Source of the DNA: Octopus sinensis
Taxonomy: Eukaryota
Direction: 5' to 3'
NCBI RefSeq assembly: GCF_006345805.1
Contig: NC_042999.1
Location: forward strand, 47,554,001 to 47,618,000
DNA length: 64,000 bases
The notes under the pieces are model-generated. The model searched no databases. It had not been told where the DNA came from and saw only the letters and a list, made by a program, of their open reading frames with translations. Below, piece by piece: positions 54,776 through 64,000 of this stretch (within the stretch, counting starts at the first letter, position 1; every line of letters begins with the position of its first letter). The translations under genes were made by a program, and so were the position numbers.

Positions 54776-54830
54776 ATGTATATATATACATATATATATA
54801 TATATGTGTGTATATATATATGTGTGTGTG

Positions 54831-54865
<35 letters not shown>

Positions 54866-55200
54866 ATGTATATATATACATATATATATATATATGTGTG
54901 TATATATATATGTGTGTGTATATATATATATATGTATCGATACAATAATTGTTTCTTGTCAGGAACAAAAAAAGGGTTTGATAGGGCTGCAATAGAAGTG
55001 CTCTATTGGAAGAGACAAAAATATCAAACTATGTATTTGCTTGTTCAATGATTTTAGTTTGATATATATATATGTATATATATATGTGTATATATATATA
55101 CATATATACATATACATATATATATACATATATATATATATATTATATATATATATATATACATATATATATACATATATATATATACTATACATATATA

Positions 55201-55238
<38 letters not shown>

Positions 55239-55323
55239 ACATATATATATATGCACACATATATATACATATATATATACACATATATATATACACACAC
55301 ATATAAATATATATATATATATA

Positions 55324-55369
<46 letters not shown>

Positions 55370-55397
55370 TATATACACACATATATATATATTATAT

Positions 55398-55600
55398 ATA
55401 TATTGCCCACCGGATGCTCCAAATCACATAGGCAAGTTTGAAGATTGCCTCACAAGAATTAAAGAAATCCTCATGAATCTGGAACACCACGTGACCATAT
55501 TTCTTATGGGTGATTTCAACTTCCCCAACGTCAAATGGCCCGAAGGTCACATACTCTCAGGAATGAATCATTGCAAGCAAGTACAGGTGGAGTCGAAGTT
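55398..55600 (+). mobile_element. APE-endonuclease fragment of a CR1/L2-like LINE
   Basis: IYCPPD..FEDCL....[14 protein letters not shown] matches YRPP...GDFNxPxIxW. Confidence 0.75.
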
Positions 55601-55649
55601 ATATCTTGATATCGCCAGTGATAAGAATACTCAAAATATATAACAGACT

Positions 55650-56486
55650 GGAATTGTAGGCCCGTCTCTTGCAATTCGGTCAATTGGATCTTGTCTTACC
55701 TCTTGTATAGAAGTGTAAGGCTGCAGCGAAATTCAGTTCGGGACTTTCTTCTATCGAAGGCATTTTAGCAAAAATGCTTCCGCAAAGACGTTGAAAATAT
55801 TGTCAATTTCCCCAAACAGGGACACAATTCAATTTTTAAACAATAACCAAAGCCCCTTCTGCGAAAGGAGAAGGGTTACGGTTTACAATTATTTAACAAA
55901 TGCAACACAACAACGTTTCCCTGACGAGGAACCAACAAATGTGATTACAATAGTCAAACAGTAATAATAATAACAACAAACCTTTTTAACTTATCCCCAT
56001 TTATGTGAAACCACTTATTCAAGTTCAAGTCATTGATGCAATGTTATACGAATTGCTAATACATACACACACACATAATAAGGGTGAAAAGTTGAATATT
56101 AATTTGATTAATATGAATTGAAAACCAGTGGTGTAGCATATAAGACCATAGCGGATCTTTTTCTAGCAAAATAGATGACCTCTCTTAATGGTTCATCCCT
56201 GTAATATAATACTTTCACTTTAATAGTTTCAGTATTAAAGTAAATGTCTGCATTACAATAGAGAGATGTTTTTGTTTCACCTTTAACACGTAATACTGAA
56301 ATAGTGGAGAAGGTATGATATTGCTGTGGGGTCGCCCTAGGGAAAAAGTTATTTTTTCTTGCCGATGACACTCCCCGGGCTTTAAGTAAGGCATGTGTAA
56401 AATTTGAATGAAATTGGTTGTGTAGTTCTGAAGTTTTAGGGAATCACACAGACAGACAGACACACATTCTCAGATTTATATATAGA
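55650..56486 (-). mobile_element. Helitron-like 5' portion (non-autonomous)
   Basis: Minus strand begins TCtatatataaatctgagaatgtgtgtctgtctgtctg..aaccaatttcattcaaattttacac. 3' boundary uncertain. Confidence 0.55.
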
Positions 56487-56973
56487 GAGATAATATATAT
56501 TATGTGTGTGTGGTTTGTTACAATTGCAGTTAAGTCTATAATGAATAGATGTGAAAGATGCACTGATTTATCTTGACTATATATCTATAAAATCCATAGA
56601 ATACATTAGCAAATACAAATTGTACTATGCTTTTGAATGAGGACGGATATTATATATTTTAACGTTCGCCACTTAGATAAACATGAATATAGATAACATT
56701 TCAGAAATCAAATCTGATCCTAGTAATCATAATTAAATAATTTGGAAACTTTTCAAACGTTTGAAGTATATTTGCATTATTTAGAATTTTTGGCATAAAA
56801 ATACAATATATTAATGTAAAATTTCACAAGTAATGAGGTATTTTCGGCTGTTATTAATAAACTTCTCTCATTTAGTATTTATATGTAAACACATGAATAT
56901 ATATATATATATGTGTGTGTCTGGGATTTTGGGTGTGTGTGCTGTGAATGTGTACGTGTGTGTGTGTCCATGT

Positions 56974-57019
<46 letters not shown>

Positions 57020-57063
57020 GTATATATATATATATATGTATATATATTTATATATATATATAT

Positions 57064-57110
<47 letters not shown>

Positions 57111-57111
57111 A

Positions 57112-57167
57112 TATAAAATATTATTTGAGACAAAACCACTATTTTGCAAAACAAACAAGGAAAGACT
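57112..57167 (-). repeat. Fragment of the 16.2-kb hammerhead element tail, next to (TA)n
   Basis: Reverse complement of ~16268-16322. Confidence 0.85.
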
Positions 57168-57678
57168 ACACACATACACTCTCGCACACACAAACATTAG
57201 TATATGTGTTTGTATATGTGTATGAAAGACCAAACGCATTTCAGTTGGCTTTAATTCAGTTAATAATTAACGTTGCGGAAGGGAATAAGTAGAGAAGGTA
57301 TTTTAATTCTCCTCCAATTCCACTGTGATGATAGTATTTGAATTAATGAGTTTGCTGATGGCAATATCAAGTTAATTTATATTAATATTTATTGCATTTT
57401 ACTGTTATCAATCCACATATTTGTCTACGTAACATTTTAGTCTTTTGAATTAGTCGATGATTTTTAAAATTCTTTTATTGTTTTCTGTTATTAAATTTCT
57501 GCGAAAGTTTGAGAATTTTTACCTTGTACCTTTCAGAGAAATTTTCATTAGCATAAATAACGTTCATTTTCATTACGATTATAATTTCATATGTGTGTGT
57601 GTGTATATATATTTATATATATGTGTGTATATATATATATATATAATATATATATATATATGTGTGTGTATATATATA

Positions 57679-57711
<33 letters not shown>

Positions 57712-57750
57712 GTCTGTGTGTATGTATATATATGTGCGTGTGTTTATATA

Positions 57751-57799
<49 letters not shown>

Positions 57800-57868
57800 G
57801 TGTGTGTGTGTATATATATATATATATGCGTGTGTGTATGTATATATATATATGTGTGTGTGTGTATG

Positions 57869-57906
<38 letters not shown>

Positions 57907-58239
57907 CGTATATATATATATATATGTGTGTGTGTGTAAATACATACATATGTATGCATGTATATAAATTCTGAGATGTAAGATTTTGCAAGATAATGAC
58001 TGGTCAATCACAATTTCTTACTCATCATCATCCGTAGCCGTGACTTAGTATGCTTAGTATGCATCTGTAAATTGTAGTAATGTTTATAAATAATAGTAAG
58101 AAAGACAATAACGACGAGAACAGTAACAAAAAAAGTATAAATAAAAACACTAATTATAATTGTTCAATAGCATGTCAGTCTATTACTTATAAAACCCTCA
58201 CATTTGTTACTTTCAAATGTGTTATTATCTGAGAAACAA

Positions 58240-59480
58240 CGTTTTTCCAGAAGGTATACCGAAGGGTGATGTAAGGTGGTAAATAGCAGCTGGGGGTGAA
58301 TCGAGCCGTTATATGAGAGTGTAAAGAGGACAAAAAAATAATAAACTTTCTTACGGCCAGGATTGACCACCAGAAGGTGTTCGACAGCGTTTCGCTCTCA
58401 TGGATACTGAAATCTTTCGACATAAATTAAGACACACCAGGAGTACTAAAATATATAATCAGTGACACACTACAAAACCAGTATAATATTGAATGATTAG
58501 TAAACAACGTTAAGACCTGCCCTACACCCACAAGAGGAGGACTTTTCCAAGGAGACACGCTACCTCTCACTGATTTTCTACTGAAAAACATGTTGACTGA
58601 AATGACTGTGTATTACAGATGTTGTATTTCCTATATATAGATGGATTAATTGTTCCTTTTTTTACTAAGAATATCACTGAACATGTAAACCTAGAAATTG
58701 TCCATTCTTTTAGCAAAGACATCAGGATAAGAATGTCGACCAATGTGCCAAAATGACATTGAAAAAAAAAGCCATTGAGTCAGGCACTAAAAACACTGCA
58801 CTCAGCACCGACGTTGAAACCAGAGAATTATACCACGATCTCCCATACAAATATCATTGAATAAACGAAAAAGCTTAAATACAACGCAGAAATGATGAAA
58901 TAAATGAGGAAATGTTCCAGGAACGTAAGCTAGCCATATCCTACTGCTTCAGCATAATAAACTGGAAGATTGGCAATTTGAGAAACTTAGCAATGAAAAC
59001 TAGCAAAATATTAACAGCTTATCGAAGTCACTTAGCCGCGACAAAATATACATACATAGAAAGAGAACTGACATAGATAGACAACGTCTATAAATTAGCA
59101 ACAATTGGACTAGAGAAATACATAAAACAAGATGTTGGCCACTATTACATGTCATAAAGCAACACAAAAACTATAAAACTCTGTCAACTAGGAATCTATA
59201 ATTTAGAAGACAGATATAAACTACAAAGTGGACGCAGATGACAACACATGTGAAATTATTAAAGAGATAAAGACAACATGACAACAGAATTACAAATTAT
59301 ACTAAAGAAGAAATGTAGAGAACTATTAGCCCATGCCCAATATCCTACAAGCCTTGGGAGAAAAGTGAGCGTAGGTGGAATTCTTCTATGGCTGAATGTT
59401 ATTAGGCAAAAAAAATACAATACAAACATTAATACGTCAAAAGACTCAAGCTAAAGACTGGAAGCAATACCCCCGCTTTA
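58240..59480 (+). mobile_element. Old, decayed R4/Dong-like RT fragment
   Basis: ARIDHQKVFDSVSLSWIL, GLFQGDTL, FLYIDGL, FSKDIRI and YKLATIGLEKYI; the last matches YKITTIGLQKYL at ~12060. Confidence 0.75.
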
Positions 59481-60037
59481 GCTAAGGAGTAGGTAATAAT
59501 AACAACGTCGAAAATACTAATAACTTATTGAAAATAAATCGATTTTATAACTATTAGAAAACGTTTAAAAAACCGTTTGTAAATTTATTTATATAATATC
59601 GAAATTTTATGATTATATTTCCTCGTTTAATAAATTGCATTTCTTTAAATGAGTATTACTTGCTGTTTTGATAAAAACGAATTTCCAAGTTTGTACATGG
59701 TTGTACATTGCTAATCAAGGGCTAAGGGCCCTAGGATTTACTTCCCTGTAAAGCCAACACTGGCATGAAATGTATTTAATTTTCTCTCACAAATTGTAAT
59801 CTGTTTTAAGACCTCACGAAAAATGAATGCACTGAAGTCAATTTTACAAATTATTATCTGATGAAAATAGTGATGATCGTGATCATGGTGATCATGATGG
59901 TAGTCTTCATGATGACGACGACGATGAAGAGGATGTTGACGATGATGATAATGAAGATACAAATATATGTATATATATTTGCGTATATATATGTATATAT
60001 ATATATACAGATATATATATATATACACACAGATATA

Positions 60038-60090
<53 letters not shown>

Positions 60091-63000
60091 GTATGTATGT
60101 ATGTATATATATATATATACTGAGAGGAAACCGAAAAACACACATACACACGCGCACACGCATATATGAACAGGGATTCACACACATTTGCAATGTCACA
60201 CATTTCTATCTGTTCATGTATGTAAGCAACTGTACACACGTATGTATGTCTATTTTGTATAGGAAAATTTAGTGTTGCAAATTAATTTATATGATTTTTC
60301 AGTGAAGATAAAAGACTGTTGTAGCTTCACAAAGAGAAATATTAACTTTGAACGCACTCCGCATTAATTTATTGATGCTACACAACTTTTGTCCCTTTGT
60401 TAGTTTTTGAACATGATATATAAACAAAGGTAATCATCATTGCTTTTAAAGTTGCGTATAACGGATGTATTTGTATCATTTATGGAAATTAAAATAATAA
60501 TTCAAGCATTTTTTTAAATCTATTTTTGGCAAAAAGTGGACTTGTTCTAAGTGTAAAGGAAATATGAGTATAATACATAACCAATATAGCAATAACGTTT
60601 TGTAATTCAAGTACAGAAATCTTCAATAAGTGTTTCCTGTTTTTTTTTCTTTATTTTTGTCTGTTTTTTTTGTTTTTTTTCTGGAGTAATTGCTTCGTTA
60701 TTGTCAAGCACAGAACAACTAGCAGAAGAGAAACGAACAGTGTTCCAGCCCCGATCTTCTGGTGTTTTAATGAACTGAAGTATATTCCTGACCAATAAAA
60801 TCGAATAAGTTTTAGTGCCTTTCGTTGTTATAACCAGCATGTTACACAAACGAGTAAAATACTCTGCCTGCTTATCATCCTGATACTTTGTCTGTTTGAC
60901 TCTCTCCTTCTCTGTCTCTGTCTCTCACATTCTAGTTTATTGCACACTAATTTACTTATATTTCTATTGAAGAAGGCTTCACGTAGTTGTTTTTTAAAGA
61001 TATGTGGAATCATAATTCCAATTGAGGATTAGTCAATCCTATATCATCTTAGGTGAACAACGGTTTACCACCAATGACACTGTTCTGCTGAATAGACACT
61101 AGTCATGTATGTATGAAAGTAATTGTAGATTATACATTGTTTACAACATTTCTACTTCCCTACTTATTGTACGCAACGTAATAATGAGTATCTTTATTCT
61201 ACGTGTCCGATTTAATTGTACACGTATGTCTGTAAGAGATGTGTATTTTTTCGTCGATAGCATTTGCAGAACACTACTACTCTCATTCACTTTATGACGT
61301 GACATTCAAAACAACATAACCACTAAATACATATTTGAATTACTGAGCATATATGAACTTTGAGAGTTGAATTTGAGAGTTGGAAAACAATTAAGCAGCA
61401 ATGATTTATATTTCACAATATGTGAATATTTGTAAGTTGATTAAAAGATCTAAGTAGATGTTTTATTCATAGCTAGAGTAAATCATATCCCTCAAATCAT
61501 TAAACTTCTAAAACTTTAAGTTTACTACCACTTGCGTAACGACGTTTAGTAGAAGTAGTATCCACCTCGTAGATGTCGTAGACACAACGAATAATCTATA
61601 TGTCTTATGAAAGGAATTCGACATAGTAAGTTAGAAACCTCTTGTGTTAATATCGTGGTGACATATCAGGCTTTTTATAGCAGCCTTTGATTCTTTCGGC
61701 ACAATAGCCTGAAGACCTATACGTACCACTGTATGAAAATGCATACTGTGCGTAGGAATTGAAGCAGAATAGTTATCTACGTCAGCTATAAGATTTAAAT
61801 TTCTTATTTTGATGAAAATAAGGAAAAGCCAATAACAAAAATAAGTATATGAAAGAAAAAAGATTTTAGTGGACATTCCTATCAATGTGTTGCATAGCAC
61901 AGCAATGTGAAACATAATCCTTCACTAGGACTGGATTTTACTGAAGGGAAACCGTATAAAAAATCTGTAATGTTGATTCCGTAAGCTTTATATTTAAAAT
62001 TTCCGTACTTTTGGTTTTGATTTGAATTATGCTTATTGAGAAGAGATTTACCTGGTAGATCCAAGGCAACATTGACTTTAAAAGTAATGGCTTTCTGTAA
62101 CAAGTGAAACTTCAAAGTAGGATTTGTTGCGTTTGCAAATTCATCATAGTAACAACATAACAACATATATTATAAAAGTACATGCTAATGCTATGTGCTG
62201 ATTACGCGATTTGATTCTGAGTTTAGTTTTGTAAGGGAAAATACAATAACGAAAATACGTATATAAATGCAAATGCAAGCATATTTGTGTATGGGTGTAT
62301 TTTCAAATTTCATAAAGGATTTCTTAGGCGACGAGTAGAAGCGAAATGTAAAACAAAGTATGAAATAAAATAGAAAGTAAAATAAAATATATATAAATAC
62401 AAATATTTATATATGCGTTCATATGTTGCATGCAAGTTGAAACTGAAGTCCAACTGCAAGCTATGACATGTCTTGTACTTAGTGGCTGCTCTAAACTTGT
62501 TTCTGCTTGATCCATTGTTTCGCAATTGTTCATGTGAAAACAAAACATTTATCAAGTGTCGCATCGATATATGGCGTTGGTGCAATGTCTCAACAATAAC
62601 GCAATGAGATATTGACAATTCAAAATACAATGAAACTACTATGGTAGTGAGTACGTGTAGTGCACGTATGTTAGGGGTATCAAATTGATTTGTAAGACAT
62701 CGGTAATATTGACTTAACTTATCCTAGGGAGTGTATATTCAATAGCATATGTGCCATGTGAATACATAACAGCAAATATATCAACGGTTAGATATGGACT
62801 TGCACAGGCCATTTCACTTGGTCTGCCTGCTTTTTATTTAACCGCTTTCGAGCTCAGACAGTATTAAGTTGAGATTCCAGTAGAGCAATTTATTGAACTG
62901 ACTCGTAAGGTGGGCCCGTGGTTTGTCACTGATTATAAGGTGAATGTTATAACGGTAATGCTTTTGAGGTAGGAGGGACATTGGGCATATATTTGTAGCA

Positions 63001-63136
63001 GTGAGCGTCAATGAATTTACACCGGTTTCTAGTAAATAACAGTTAAAATTATCGCAAGTCACAGCTGATCGTCTTAATCCTGAATGAGTTGATTGATAAT
63101 GTAGACGTAGTCAAATGATGCTTAAAAACTAGGATA

Positions 63137-63300
63137 GGCCTAGGAGTGGCTGTGTGGTAAGTAGCATACTTACGAACCACATGGTTCCGGATTCAGTCCC
63201 ACTGCGTGTCACCTTGGGGACGTGTCTTCTACAATAGCCTCGGGTCAAACAAAGCCTTGAGAGTGGATTTGGTAGACGGAAACTGAAAGAAGCCCGTTGC

Positions 63301-63362
<62 letters not shown>

Positions 63363-63560
63363 CTATTTGTCCTTCCAACATCGCTTGGCAACCGATGCTG
63401 GTGTGTTTACGTCCCCGTGACTTAGCGGTTCGGCAAAAGATACCGATAGAATGATTACAAGGCTTACAAAGAGTAAGTTCTGGGGTTGATTTGCTCGAAT
63501 AAAGGCGGTGCTCCAGCATGACCACAGTCAAATGCCTGAAATAAGTACAAGTGTAAAGAG
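63137..63560 (+). mobile_element. SINE family A
   Basis: Collinear with the 8366 and 43089 copies. Confidence 0.92.
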
Positions 63561-64000
63561 AGAGATAGATGAATCCATGACAGCTGTGAAATCTCAGCTG
63601 ATACTTTTATTTGAAAATATCTGACACAAGGCATATCGTTGTCAACATCAAATAATATTTAGATTGAGTTCACTATTGCAAACCAGCGAAAACAGCTGGA
63701 AACATAGAAAGAACGAGATTTGTATTAGCCTGCAGATCTCAAAAGAAATTGTATCCCTTAATGTATACATGTACACAACCATTTGATACCTCCCTTCTTC
63801 GAACGTATTTTTATTTCTAAATTAATAATATAAATCTTTTTTTATGAATTATTACTTAATCACGTCACCAAATTTATCACTAGGAGTCTGCGATAAATGA
63901 GGCTTAATAGATTTAAAAAGCGGTCAAATTACACGGGAATTTCATCCAGAGCCTCAGTTTGAAATATGATGTTCTCCTGCCAGTAACATATACTTTTGCA

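Noticed and set aside
62965-62980. TGAGGTAGGAGG, let-7-like start
   Set aside because: Only 12 nt match; the rest diverges and no precursor hairpin is seen.

Overview
AT-rich, microsatellite-dense eukaryotic DNA with no recognisable host protein-coding gene. Repeat content ((TA)n/(TATC)n tracts, tRNA-headed SINE families) looks like a cephalopod, probably Octopus, intron or gene desert; this is an inference. Nearly all short ORFs in the track are microsatellite artefacts. The real content is mobile DNA: a near-full-length Penelope-like element (PLE, Neptune-type, 826-5472), R4/Dong and RTE LINE fragments, Tc1 and DD41D transposon relics, Helitron pieces, MITEs and SINEs. The main unexpected signal is a set of sequence-unrelated small cassettes that share the PLE architecture (inverted copy of the 3' part + type I hammerhead-ribozyme motif, mostly inside (TA)n). 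These include a canonical hammerhead at 16.2 kb, a 360-nt tandem retrozyme-like unit at 47 kb, and a TSD-bounded composite carrying a Dong LINE fragment at 11.4-13.4 kb. The PLE also appears to link an orphan ORF1 to its RT-endonuclease ORF through a U_UUU_UUA -1 frameshift site. All ribozyme and frameshift calls come from reading by eye and are untested.
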